In this document: one piece after another, positions 31,656-41,536 of the stretch
Layout: every line of letters starts with the position of its first letter
Numbering within the stretch: position 1 is the stretch's first letter
Source of the DNA: an uncultured Gammaproteobacteria bacterium
GTDB lineage: Bacteria > Patescibacteriota > Patescibacteriia > Patescibacteriales > UBA12465
Direction: 5' to 3'
Length of the DNA: 64,000 nucleotides
NCBI GenBank assembly: GCA_964539545.1
Contig: CAZIJG010000002.1
Span: 6,624-70,623, forward strand
Program-made: the position numbers and the translations under genes
Notes under the pieces: generated by a model
Told to the model about the DNA's origin: nothing
Databases searched by the model: none
The model's input: the letters and a program-made list of their open reading frames with translations, nothing else

Positions 31656-31710
31656 ATTTTTTGTTATAATAAGAATACTATACTTAACTTATTAAGAGTA
31701 TCTAAATTCT

Positions 31711-32847
31711 ATGAAAAAAACAAGAATTATAATATTTGCTTTATTAGCTATTTTGATAACCATTCCTATCGCCGCCAAAGCCTTTGCTGTGAAGACTAGC
31801 GATTCTATCTTCATAGGCAGAGATGAGGTAGTAGATGGAAACCTCTATGCTGCTGGTAAAAACATTACTATTGAAGGAGTAGTAACCGGAGATGTAATTG
31901 CTGTTGGCCAACAAATCACTATTGATGGCCGAGTAGATGGTGATGTTATCACTGCTAGTACCAACCTTCGTATTAATGGACAAGTAAAAGGAAATGTTCG
32001 AGTCGCGGCTAATGATGTAACTATTAATGGTCAAGTAGAAAAGAATATTAATATTGCAGCTGTATCTGCTGTCCTTGGTTCTGATTCTATAACTGGATCG
32101 GATGTACTAATCATGGCTGAATCTCTAGAAGCTAGAGGCAATATTTTAGGTTCTCTACATGGAATTTTAAAAAGGTTGTTGTTATCAGGAATTGTTAACA
32201 AAGATCTAAAATTCAAGTTTAATTCTAATAGTAAATTGCCAGTCACTCTAACAGACTCTGCTCAAGTACAGGGAGACTTTATCTATTCACATAATAAAGA
32301 CTTAAACATAAATCAGCAAACTGTAGCAGGAGAAGTAAAATACGAAAAAACTGACACGAAAAAAGCTTGGGGATCTATTCTTTGGAACCTCCTGCTGGGA
32401 ATTTTCTCTGCTTTAATCGTAGGACTGCTGCTAGTCACTTTAATGAAATCTCACCTAAAAGATTTACATCAAAAAATGGAAGAAAAACCTGGACGCTCTA
32501 TTCTTTGGGGACTAGGCATATTAGTTATTGTCCCTATTCTCTGTTTTTTATTAATGCTAACTATTATCGGTATTCCTTTGGCATTAATTATCCTCGCTAT
32601 TTGGTTAATCATGGTTTACGTAGCTAAAATTTTAACTGCAATATATTTTGGAAATATTCTAAGGAAGAAAGCCTTGAAAGCCAAAAAGTTTAATCCAATG
32701 ACTGACATGATTTTGGGCATTGTAGTTGCTTGGTTACTTTTCATGATTCCAGTGATTGGCCCGCTCTTAGTTTTTTTAGCTATTATTTTCGGTTTAGGTT
32801 CTTTCTGGTTCTTTAGGAAAGACTTACATCATAAACTAAATAAATAA
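31711..32847 (+). CDS. Membrane protein with bactofilin-like beta-solenoid repeats
   Basis: Repeated IxGxVxGDV units, then 5-6 TM helices. Confidence 0.75.
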   Translation: MKKTRIIIFALLAILITIPIAAKAFAVKTSDSIFIGRDEVVDGNLYAAGKNITIEGVVTGDVIAVGQQITIDGRVDGDVITASTNLRINGQVKGNVRVAANDVTINGQVEKNINIAAVSAVLGSDSITGSDVLIMAESLEARGNILGSLHGILKRLLLSGIVNKDLKFKFNSNSKLPVTLTDSAQVQGDFIYSHNKDLNINQQTVAGEVKYEKTDTKKAWGSILWNLLLGIFSALIVGLLLVTLMKSHLKDLHQKMEEKPGRSILWGLGILVIVPILCFLLMLTIIGIPLALIILAIWLIMVYVAKILTAIYFGNILRKKALKAKKFNPMTDMILGIVVAWLLFMIPVIGPLLVFLAIIFGLGSFWFFRKDLHHKLNK

Positions 32848-32848
32848 T

Positions 32849-34219
32849 ATGGATATTAACCCTAAAATTTTTAAAGCCTACGACATTAGAGGCATCTTTG
32901 GAAGAGACTTTGACACTGAGTTTGCCTATAACCTAGGGCTAGCTTATGTCAAATTAAGAAAAAAAGAAATAAAAGAAGATAAGCAATTAAAAATCGTAGT
33001 TGCTAAAGATATGCGGTTAAGTTCAGACGAATTAGCAACTTCTTTAATTAAAGGTTTAACTGATGGCGGTGCTAAAGTTATTAATATTGGCTTAAACTCT
33101 ACGCCTACCTTTTATTTCGCCGTAGCCTACTTTAATTACGATGGAGGTATTATTGTTTCAGCATCACATAACCCGGCTGAATGGAATGGCTTTAAAGTAG
33201 TTAGAAATAAAGCTTTGCCAATGGGCGGAGAAACTGGATTAGATATCTTGAAAGATTATATACTAAACAAAAAGCTAGAAATAGCTAATATTAAAGGAAC
33301 AGTTGAGACCCTAGACGATGTCCTGGAAACTCAAGTACAGTACGACTTAGGATTTGCTGATAAAACCAATATTAAACCCCTAACAGTTGTAGTTGATGCC
33401 GCTAATTCTATGGGAGCTACCTATTGTCAAGAATTATTCAAATATTTACCAGTCAAGCTAATCCCAATTAACTTTGATTTAGATGGAACTTTCCCTAATC
33501 ACGAAGCTGACCCTATTAAGGAAGAAAATATGAAGCAATTACAAAAAGCGGTGATTGCTGAGAAAGCTGATCTAGGAATTGCCACCGACGGAGATGGCGA
33601 TAGAATCTTCTTTGTCGATGAAACTGGTAAATCTATTAATCAAGCAATTATCCGAGGGGTTCTAGCCAAGATTTTCTTAAAAGATCGTCCTGGTTCTAAA
33701 ATCGCTTACGATATTCGTCCCGGTAAAATTACTGAGGACTTAATTAGAGAAAACGGTGGTACTCCAATTATTACTAAAGTTGGCCATTCTTTAATTAAAG
33801 CTCAAGCTGTAAAAGAAGGGGCTTATTTCGCCGGAGAGTCATCAGGACATTTCTTCTTAAACATGGACATTGGTTGTTTCGAAATTCCGATGATTGTCAT
33901 TCTAAAATTATTAGAGGAGTTCTCTCAAAATAACACTACCGTATCTGAATATGTTAAACCCTATAATAAATATTTTCATTCTGGAGAAATCAATTCTAAT
34001 GTGGCCGATAAAAACAAAGTTCTAAAGGAAATTTCTTTACGCTATCAAGACGGAGAAATTAATCATCTAGATGGCGTAACTGTGACCTACAAAGATTATT
34101 GGTTCAATGTTAGACCTTCAAATACAGAAGAAACAATAAGGCTCAACCTGGAAGCGGTGAGCCCTGAAATAAGAGATATTAAAACTAAAGAAGTTCTAGC
34201 TATTATTAGAAATAAGTAA
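32849..34219 (+). CDS. Phosphomannomutase/phosphoglucomutase
   Basis: FKAYDIRG, SASHNP, DGDGDR, GESSGH, RPSNTE. Confidence 0.95.
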   Translation: MDINPKIFKAYDIRGIFGRDFDTEFAYNLGLAYVKLRKKEIKEDKQLKIVVAKDMRLSSDELATSLIKGLTDGGAKVINIGLNSTPTFYFAVAYFNYDGGIIVSASHNPAEWNGFKVVRNKALPMGGETGLDILKDYILNKKLEIANIKGTVETLDDVLETQVQYDLGFADKTNIKPLTVVVDAANSMGATYCQELFKYLPVKLIPINFDLDGTFPNHEADPIKEENMKQLQKAVIAEKADLGIATDGDGDRIFFVDETGKSINQAIIRGVLAKIFLKDRPGSKIAYDIRPGKITEDLIRENGGTPIITKVGHSLIKAQAVKEGAYFAGESSGHFFLNMDIGCFEIPMIVILKLLEEFSQNNTTVSEYVKPYNKYFHSGEINSNVADKNKVLKEISLRYQDGEINHLDGVTVTYKDYWFNVRPSNTEETIRLNLEAVSPEIRDIKTKEVLAIIRNK

Positions 34220-34895
34220 TAAAGGCGGTATGAAGCAGATCTAAGATTTTTTTCGGTCGAGTCACATTAATAATTTTGCCCTGCTTTAAACTATTAATAA
34301 CATCTTTCATCTTTAAGCTAGGAGAATCTATGATTGTATAATCTTGCATAAAATGCTTTAAATTGTGCAAATCAGCTGTAGCAATAAAAGGTTTCTTATA
34401 TTTCCGAGCTATCTGTTCGGCTTTTTTATTAGGATTAAACCGCTTAGTATAAACCCAACTATGTTCTACTGCATCAAAAAGGTCAACATGCTCTTCAAAT
34501 TTCTTTTTCCCCATAGACATATTAAAGCCTGAGAAAATATGAGGAGCAATTACAAAAATCTCTGGGTGTTCTTTTCGATATTTTCTTAGATCATCGAAAG
34601 TCTCTAATTTTTCTACCTCCTGATCGCAATTCAAAATCAACACATGGTTCTCATGATCTTTTTTATAATTATATAAATTGGCTTCAATCCCGGGAATTAA
34701 TAAAATTCCTTTTTGCTGAGCGTATAGCCCGTGCACCTTTTTATAACCAAAATGCTGATGGAAAGTTAGGGCCAAAACTTTAAATCCTTTTCTATGAGCA
34801 TGTTCAATTAACTCATAAACACTATATCTAATTACGTGTTGCTCTCGATGATCTTCGGAAGCATGGATATGCAAACTAGCTTTATATTTAGGCAT
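34206..34895 (-). CDS. PHP-domain metal-dependent phosphoesterase
   Basis: LHIH, IPGIE, APH, ADLH. Confidence 0.8.
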   Translation of the reverse strand: MPKYKASLHIHASEDHREQHVIRYSVYELIEHAHRKGFKVLALTFHQHFGYKKVHGLYAQQKGILLIPGIEANLYNYKKDHENHVLILNCDQEVEKLETFDDLRKYRKEHPEIFVIAPHIFSGFNMSMGKKKFEEHVDLFDAVEHSWVYTKRFNPNKKAEQIARKYKKPFIATADLHNLKHFMQDYTIIDSPSLKMKDVINSLKQGKIINVTRPKKILDLLHTAFITYF

Positions 34896-34939
34896 ATGTA
34901 TAAATCTGTTATAATATAATAGAATTAACTTTTAAATCT

Positions 34940-35551
34940 ATGCAAACTAAAAAAATTGTAAATTTCTTTTTTGAGCTTAATCAGCTAAAAAGAATTAGTC
35001 ACGTTGGATTATTAAGAATTGGTGTAAAAAATGTAGACAGTGTAGCTGAGCATGTTTTCCGAGCTAGCCAGATCGCTTATATATTAGCTATCATGGAAAA
35101 TGCTAATCCTGAGAGAGCTGCTACCATTGTTCTCTTCCACGATAACGGAGAAGCCAGAGTAGGAGATCAAGATAAGGTAGCCGCTCGTTACTGGTCTATG
35201 AAGGAAGCAGAGAAATTAGCTTTATTTGAACAATTATCTTTTTTGCCTAAGAAATTTCAGAAGAAACTAGAAAACTATCATAAACAATATGCTACTCGGA
35301 ATACTAAAGAGGGAATTATTGCCAAAGATGCTGATTGGCTAGAACTAGCTTTCCAGGCTAAAGAATATATAGACACTGGTTATCAGGGCGCCCGCTACTG
35401 GATTAAAAATATTGAGGAAGCTCTGGAAACAAAATCCGCTAAGAAGATTCTGAAGGAAATGAAACAAGCTGACTTTAATGATTGGCACCAAGAACTACAA
35501 AAAATGACTTATACTAAATTAAAACAAAAGAAAACAAGAAGCTCTAAATAG
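34940..35551 (+). CDS. HD-domain hydrolase (5'-deoxynucleotidase-like)
   Basis: SVAEH, FHDNGEARVGD, KDADWLE. Confidence 0.85.
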   Translation: MQTKKIVNFFFELNQLKRISHVGLLRIGVKNVDSVAEHVFRASQIAYILAIMENANPERAATIVLFHDNGEARVGDQDKVAARYWSMKEAEKLALFEQLSFLPKKFQKKLENYHKQYATRNTKEGIIAKDADWLELAFQAKEYIDTGYQGARYWIKNIEEALETKSAKKILKEMKQADFNDWHQELQKMTYTKLKQKKTRSSK

Positions 35552-35570
35552 GCCTCTTGTTTATTACATC

Positions 35571-36089
35571 TTATTCCACTTTAGCAATTATAGAAGACGG
35601 CGTATAGACTCTAGTATTTAATTCCTGATCTATCATCATTAGACCCGTACCGTCCCCGCCAACCACCTTAACCTTATCTCTATACTCTGCAGCTTGAGAC
35701 TCTTCTTCAGCTTGCTCATCAATATACCATTGTAAAAAGGTTTTGGCTGCAAAATCTTTTTCTGTTTGTGCTAAGTCATATAGCGCGTGAATACTAGTAG
35801 TTACTTCTTTTTCGTGAGCTAACGCCTTCTCAAACATATCTAACGGACCATTAAAATCTGTAGGTGGCTGATTAACATTCTCCAACACCACTCTACCATC
35901 TCTATCTAGAATATGGTTATAAAAACCACGAGAGTGATCAAGTTCCTCTTTGGTTTGCACATCAAACCAGTTAGCAAAACCTGCTAAATTTAATCTTTGA
36001 GCATAGGCAGCCATAGCCTGATAAAGGTAAGCTGCGTATATCTCTCGATTCAATTGCTCATTAAGAGCTTTTTCTATTTTAGCATTCAT
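35571..36089 (-). CDS. ftnA: Non-heme ferritin
   Basis: LNEQLNRE, EELDH, HEKEVT, FLQWYIDEQAEEE. Confidence 0.93.
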   Translation of the reverse strand: MNAKIEKALNEQLNREIYAAYLYQAMAAYAQRLNLAGFANWFDVQTKEELDHSRGFYNHILDRDGRVVLENVNQPPTDFNGPLDMFEKALAHEKEVTTSIHALYDLAQTEKDFAAKTFLQWYIDEQAEEESQAAEYRDKVKVVGGDGTGLMMIDQELNTRVYTPSSIIAKVE

Positions 36090-36151
36090 ATTTTTTTATT
36101 CAATTATTAAAATCTAGTGTAATCTACTATATTTATAAATCTTTAACAAGA

Positions 36152-36580
36152 TTAAGATGTTTTTTTTCTTTGATGCATAGATTTAGACTTAGAAGTAACC
36201 GCCAGAATAGTTAATACTGCTAAATAAGCTGAAACCACACTTGGTGGCATAACATAGGCTCTTTCCAAAACAATATCTAAGGTTAAAAGACTAAAGATTA
36301 AAAAAGTCCAAATAAAAACAAAAATTTCTCCCGGATGTCTCCCCTTATGAACATTATTCCAACGTTCAAACTCTTTATTACCAACATAAATTGCTAAAAC
36401 TCCAATATAGACAGCTGATAAAGCTCCCATTATCTCATTTAATGTATTACCGCAAATAAAATCATAGATAATAGCTGCCATAAAAAAGACTGTCCAAAAA
36501 TTTATAATTTCTCTCCAAAAAGAGAAAGACTTATCGCAAATTTTTTTAATCATAAATTTTCTTGTTATATCTGACCTCAA
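36152..36580 (-). CDS. Hypothetical 4-TM membrane protein
   Basis: Hydrophobic 142-aa ORF; start may be ATG 36553. Confidence 0.65.
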   Translation of the reverse strand: MRSDITRKFMIKKICDKSFSFWREIINFWTVFFMAAIIYDFICGNTLNEIMGALSAVYIGVLAIYVGNKEFERWNNVHKGRHPGEIFVFIWTFLIFSLLTLDIVLERAYVMPPSVVSAYLAVLTILAVTSKSKSMHQRKKTS

Positions 36581-36648
36581 TTAATTATCTTCACATCTAT
36601 TCTAACATAAATATTGCTAATTTCCCTTTTTTACAGTAAATTATAGTT

Positions 36649-37128
36649 ATGAATAAAACTAAACAAAAGAAAGGATACAAGAAAAACTTTTCTATTATTT
36701 CAGGGATGATTATTATTGGCTTGGCCTTTTTTCTTTTGGCTAGCTCTGAAATTGCAAAAACTCAGAATGACTTAGATAGCCTAAAAGATACCTTGGTGAA
36801 GCAAGGATTGGTACTAGAAGAAGCTTTTCAAATGATAGAAAATAGATACAAATTAGATTCTAGGGCCATAGGGATTAATAATTCAGGCAACCAATTAAAA
36901 TCAGACGTAACTTTGAAAACCAACATTACCTGCCAAGCAATTATTCAGGCTCAAGAACATAAATATCATCTTTATTATTCTTTTTCCAATGCTTTAGAAC
37001 TTCTGCAAGATAATTACCAGAAATATCGTGGCAGCGTAGAATATATTCAAGACAGTTTAACAGCCTACGAAGAAGTAATTGATTATGTGAAAAATGAATG
37101 TCAGATAGCTGGTTACATTATTGAATAA
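36649..37128 (+). CDS. Hypothetical single-TM helical protein
   Basis: 159-aa ORF with N-terminal TM. Confidence 0.65.
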   Translation: MNKTKQKKGYKKNFSIISGMIIIGLAFFLLASSEIAKTQNDLDSLKDTLVKQGLVLEEAFQMIENRYKLDSRAIGINNSGNQLKSDVTLKTNITCQAIIQAQEHKYHLYYSFSNALELLQDNYQKYRGSVEYIQDSLTAYEEVIDYVKNECQIAGYIIE

Positions 37129-37182
37129 AATATAAACAATTTATATAAAAAAGAAACCTCGCTATACCACGAGGTTATTTTT

Positions 37183-37842
37183 TTACCTTCTTTGTAGTCT
37201 CCAAAAAACAACTTTATCTTTAATAATAATTTTGTTCTCCGGGAAATCTTTAACCAACAATTTAATATCTGCTTCCGACAGAGCATCTGCTGATTTAATC
37301 TTTAAAAATTCTCTAAGCTCTGCCTTATCATCGAATAGCCAATCTATTTCAAGGCCTACACTGAATTTTTTAACAGCAAACACCTTTTGAATGTCGGTGT
37401 CAGCAACATCTAAAACTTCTGATTCATCATAGAATGACGATAATAATTTGCAAAATGGACCATCTGCCCTAGGCTCAACAATAATGAGCCAACCACCGGC
37501 TTGTAATTTATTAGCCGTGTCTTTTATAACCTTCAAAGGATAGCGGTGGTGATGCAAGGAATAGGAAAAAAGAATTATATCAAAATCTCTTTTTAAAGAG
37601 TGTATCAACTTTTCAGTTTTTCCTAATAAAAATTTAACTTTATCTCCGTAACTAGATAATTTTTTAATGGCTATTGCCATCTTTTTTTTATCTGTGTCTA
37701 GGGCTACTACTTCTTTAGCAAAGGGAGCAATAATTTCAGTATAGTATCCATCACCGCACCCAATTTCTAAGACTTTCTTACCTTCAAACTGTGTAAAAGC
37801 TGATAGAAAATCTCTTTCGGTATTTCCATAATCTCTTTTCAT
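37183..37842 (-). CDS. Class I SAM-dependent methyltransferase
   Basis: VLEIGCGDG, FDIILFSYSLHH. Confidence 0.88.
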   Translation of the reverse strand: MKRDYGNTERDFLSAFTQFEGKKVLEIGCGDGYYTEIIAPFAKEVVALDTDKKKMAIAIKKLSSYGDKVKFLLGKTEKLIHSLKRDFDIILFSYSLHHHRYPLKVIKDTANKLQAGGWLIIVEPRADGPFCKLLSSFYDESEVLDVADTDIQKVFAVKKFSVGLEIDWLFDDKAELREFLKIKSADALSEADIKLLVKDFPENKIIIKDKVVFWRLQRR

Positions 37843-37975
37843 GTGACTTATTTTTATATAAAGAACTTATTTATGTTTCATAAAGTAATTAATAAATTAT
37901 AACTATTTTGATGGGAAGTGTCAATCTAATCCGTTAAATAAACTATTTTAGCATATCCTTGGTAATGCTATACTC

Positions 37976-38668
37976 TTGTTAGTAGAAAGCTATTCCATTA
38001 TCAAACTAATGTTTGTCACTATGATGCAAGAAATATATATTCTTGATTTAATAGGCACGTTTGCTTTTGCAATCTATGGCAGTTATTTTGCCCTAAGAAA
38101 AAACTTTGATATCTTTGGTATCTTTGTTTCGGCTTTCATTACAGCTGTGGGAGGGGGAACTCTAAGAGAGCTCATTCTAAATCGCAGTCTATTCTATTTT
38201 TATGACATGAACTATCTCCTAATGGTTGTTATAGGTGTAATCTTTACTGTGATTATTTATAAAAAGTTTCACAAGATAAAAACCTTTGCTCTTTTTTTAG
38301 ATTCAGTAGGATTGGTAACCTTTGCCTTCATTGGAGCTTCAAAAGCTAGCGAGCTTGGTCTAGGAGTTTTTGCTATCACCTTTATCGCTGTTATAACAGC
38401 AGTTGGAGGTGGGGTTCTCAGAGATCTTATTTTAGATAAAACTCCCACCATTATGCATAATGGATTCTATGCTTCCGTAGCTATCTTCCTCGGTCTTATC
38501 TATGGCTTCTCTGGTACACAAATGGAAAATGCTATTTGGGCCAACCTACTACTTTTTCTCTGTTTAGTAATAAGAGGGTTTGTCATAATTTATAAAATCA
38601 ATCTTTGGAAACCTAGTAAACTATTTTCATTTTGGTGGCGCAAAGAATGTAAATATGAAAATAAATAA
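37976..38668 (+). CDS. TRIC/UPF0126 family membrane protein
   Basis: Duplicated TAVGGG motif; real start probably ATG 38021/38024. Confidence 0.88.
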   Translation: MLVESYSIIKLMFVTMMQEIYILDLIGTFAFAIYGSYFALRKNFDIFGIFVSAFITAVGGGTLRELILNRSLFYFYDMNYLLMVVIGVIFTVIIYKKFHKIKTFALFLDSVGLVTFAFIGASKASELGLGVFAITFIAVITAVGGGVLRDLILDKTPTIMHNGFYASVAIFLGLIYGFSGTQMENAIWANLLLFLCLVIRGFVIIYKINLWKPSKLFSFWWRKECKYENK

Positions 38669-39113
38669 ACAATTTTTTAATACCATCAAGCCAATCTTAA
38701 TTGAACTAAGAGAAAAGGTTGGAAATGATTTTGTAATCTTTGGTTCAGTTCCGTTATATCTTTTGGGCGTGGTAGCCTTCGATAAAGAGATCAATGACAT
38801 AGATATTGCTCTTAAAGATACCGCTAATATCCCCCCGAAAGCTCAGGTTGTTACTTTCCAGGGAGATGCTCAACAGCAGTTCCACAAAATCAATATTCAA
38901 GGTATGAATATAGATATCGGGTCTGAATGGAAAGGCTGGCCAGGCCAAAAATTATTCTTTCAAAAAATATTCACTAACCCTATTAATGTTGAAGGTTTTA
39001 AATTCGCAAATTTAGATGTGATAGAAGAGTGGAAAAAAGATATGGTGGAAAAATATAACAGAGAAAAAGATAAAAACTATTTACAGAAAATAAAAGAATA
39101 TAGATTAAAATAA
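38655..39113 (+). CDS. Minimal nucleotidyltransferase-like protein
   Basis: FVIFGS..DIDI Pol-beta NTase signature. Confidence 0.65.
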   Translation: MKINKQFFNTIKPILIELREKVGNDFVIFGSVPLYLLGVVAFDKEINDIDIALKDTANIPPKAQVVTFQGDAQQQFHKINIQGMNIDIGSEWKGWPGQKLFFQKIFTNPINVEGFKFANLDVIEEWKKDMVEKYNREKDKNYLQKIKEYRLK

Positions 39114-39239
39114 TTTAAGTTATCTTCAATAAAAAATACCCTCTCCGGGGTAATTTTTTTATGAATCAAACGTAACAAAAAAGCCGCTACATTAAGTAAT
39201 GGCTTTGAAACAATCTTTTTTGATTGTTACTTTTTAACC

Positions 39240-39584
39240 TTATGGTCTAACAATGAGCCCTTCTCCCTCTTCCATTTTAAACGTCATTAAACTGTCAGTC
39301 TCTACATTTAGATTAGCCTGTAGCCCTGTAATATGACAAAGAAGTTCTATAAATGCACAAGCTCCTTTTTTATCATGACTTACAAAACTGTTTAACAACA
39401 TTTTATCATCACCACCAGGAAATACTAATGAATTACTAGTAGCCTCCTTTGGTTGTTTCCCCATGGAACGGCTAACTGAGAAAAGAATTCCTCCTGTATT
39501 TGGTAGTATTACATTTACTAGGTCTCCGGCTTTAATACCGGTTTTAATTACTGTCTTGTTCGAATGGTCTATGTGAATTTGCAT
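39240..39584 (-). CDS. Hypothetical protein
   Basis: 114-aa stand-alone ORF. Confidence 0.6.
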   Translation of the reverse strand: MQIHIDHSNKTVIKTGIKAGDLVNVILPNTGGILFSVSRSMGKQPKEATSNSLVFPGGDDKMLLNSFVSHDKKGACAFIELLCHITGLQANLNVETDSLMTFKMEEGEGLIVRP

Positions 39585-39754
39585 CTCAGATTTTTTTAAT
39601 GAACACTAAAATTTGAATTGTCGAATAGTAATCTATGATAGTACCGTATATCTTGTGTTTCGTCAATAATACCAGAGATTATAAATACTATTCAAAACAA
39701 AAAACCATCCCTACGGCCCTAGAGATGGCTACATCGATATTATTCTAATTATAA

Positions 39755-40597
39755 CTACGCCACATCCTTCCAAGAACTAAGATTTTTCTCTAAAGATTCT
39801 AATTCTTGTAGTCCTCGTAGATATTTATCTCTAATTAACCCCTCTCCCTCTATATTCCCTTGAGAATACAAATACCAATCAGTAATATATGGTTGTTTTT
39901 CTTTGTCTACCATCACTGTGCAGCTACTAGGGTCGTTATGAATAAATCCTGCTTCCGCCGCTTGAATATACACTTTTTTTAACTTCTCTAAAATCTCCAT
40001 GATATCCGAAACAGATGCTTCTTTTTGTAAAAGAAGCATATTTAAATCAGTACCATCTATATGTTCTTCTAAAATGGATCCATTTAAATCGTCATAGACT
40101 GCTCCATAAAATTTAGGGATACCTTGAATTCCTTGTAACGATTCTAAAGCCCGCATCTCATTATACAAATAATCAATAATCAATCTGTCTTTATGGCTAT
40201 CTTTTTTGTTTGTAATTTCATATCTAGGCTCAGAATCTTTTTTCCAGGGCGTGTCTATTTCAACAGAATAAAAACGTTTTTCTATATCCTTTACTTCCGT
40301 GAAGGTGCGTTCAGTTATTAACATCTCTTGACCGCTAGCTATCTCTCTTGCTTTTAATTTAAAAATTGGCCCAAATGATCCTCCGCTTAACATTTCACGA
40401 TCATCAATAATTTCTATTCCATTCTCTTTAGCGACATCTTTCACTTTTAGAAACTCGGTAATAACCAAGGGGTCATTGTCAGCAGGCCCCTCTATGTCTT
40501 CTACCTGTCCAGCACTAAGCGGCTCCATAACATCTTTAGGACGCAAACACTCCAAGGCTTCTTGATCATTTAAACGACGGTTCTTTTGAAGGCTCAT
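39755..40597 (-). CDS. Protein-kinase-like (RIO/Bud32-like) protein
   Basis: SGGSFGPIF, EMRALESL..GIPKFYG, EEHIDG, GFIHND, ITDW. Confidence 0.7.
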   Translation of the reverse strand: MSLQKNRRLNDQEALECLRPKDVMEPLSAGQVEDIEGPADNDPLVITEFLKVKDVAKENGIEIIDDREMLSGGSFGPIFKLKAREIASGQEMLITERTFTEVKDIEKRFYSVEIDTPWKKDSEPRYEITNKKDSHKDRLIIDYLYNEMRALESLQGIQGIPKFYGAVYDDLNGSILEEHIDGTDLNMLLLQKEASVSDIMEILEKLKKVYIQAAEAGFIHNDPSSCTVMVDKEKQPYITDWYLYSQGNIEGEGLIRDKYLRGLQELESLEKNLSSWKDVA

Positions 40598-40712
40598 AGG
40601 TTTTTATATTAATAGATATATGAATAATTTTAACATTGTTGTCTGATAGAAAATATATGAGTAATTAAAAGGACAAAGTGAGGGTTACTGAGGGTTGTAA
40701 AAAATTATGATA

Positions 40713-41453
40713 TTACTCACAATGATCCCAGATAAATTTAAACCAGGCACGGTAACATTCTGCCAATTCTTTATTAACTATTACCGCGATGGTCACATCT
40801 TCAGATATTTCTTTCAATGATAACCCCGAAAAAGTAACTACATGACTTCCAAATATATCAATAGCTCCTGTTGTAGAATATTTTGGAGGAAAAAATTTAT
40901 ATTTTTGTTTAAAAGTATCAACAATATCAGGAGCAAATTTTTTTACCTCTGCATCAAATATATGATGATATTTGATTTTCTTTTTTTTCATTTCTTTAAA
41001 AAATATCTGACGAAATGTTTCTAGTTCTTTGTCTAACCAACCCCCCTTAGCTCCAATAAAGTACACATCCTCTCCCGTCTGGATTACATCTCTCAAATAG
41101 TTCTTGAAACCTTCTTTGCCTTTATATACATAAACCGCCTCCTTAGTGGAGGTTTTTTTAAATTGTTTGTTTAGTGCGGGCAATATGCTTTTAAGTTTAT
41201 GCTCTTTCTCCCAAATCAACTCTGATAATTTATTGGGCTCTACAGCAGCATACGTGTTTCTTTTAGTTCCAGCTATCTGGTAGATTAGCCCCTTTTTCAA
41301 TAGTCTTGATACAGCATCATATATATTTCTCTTGTCTATACTGGTATGCAAAGATATTGCCGGAACAGAAGACTGATTTTTGACAATCAGAGCTTCATAT
41401 ATTTTTGCCTCGTTGGGAGACAGCCCAATTTCTTCTAATATTTCTTTATACAT
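40713..41453 (-). CDS. TrmB family transcriptional regulator (start moved to ATG 41453)
   Basis: LEEIGLSPNEAKIYEAL HTH; VYKGKEG; FKFIWD. Confidence 0.88.
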   Translation of the reverse strand: MYKEILEEIGLSPNEAKIYEALIVKNQSSVPAISLHTSIDKRNIYDAVSRLLKKGLIYQIAGTKRNTYAAVEPNKLSELIWEKEHKLKSILPALNKQFKKTSTKEAVYVYKGKEGFKNYLRDVIQTGEDVYFIGAKGGWLDKELETFRQIFFKEMKKKKIKYHHIFDAEVKKFAPDIVDTFKQKYKFFPPKYSTTGAIDIFGSHVVTFSGLSLKEISEDVTIAVIVNKELAECYRAWFKFIWDHCE

Positions 41454-41536
41454 ATTAATTATTGCTAAAGTGGTGGTGTTTGCCACTCACTCTGAATAAT
41501 ATATATTTTTGTATAATAAGTCAATTATATAAAAAT

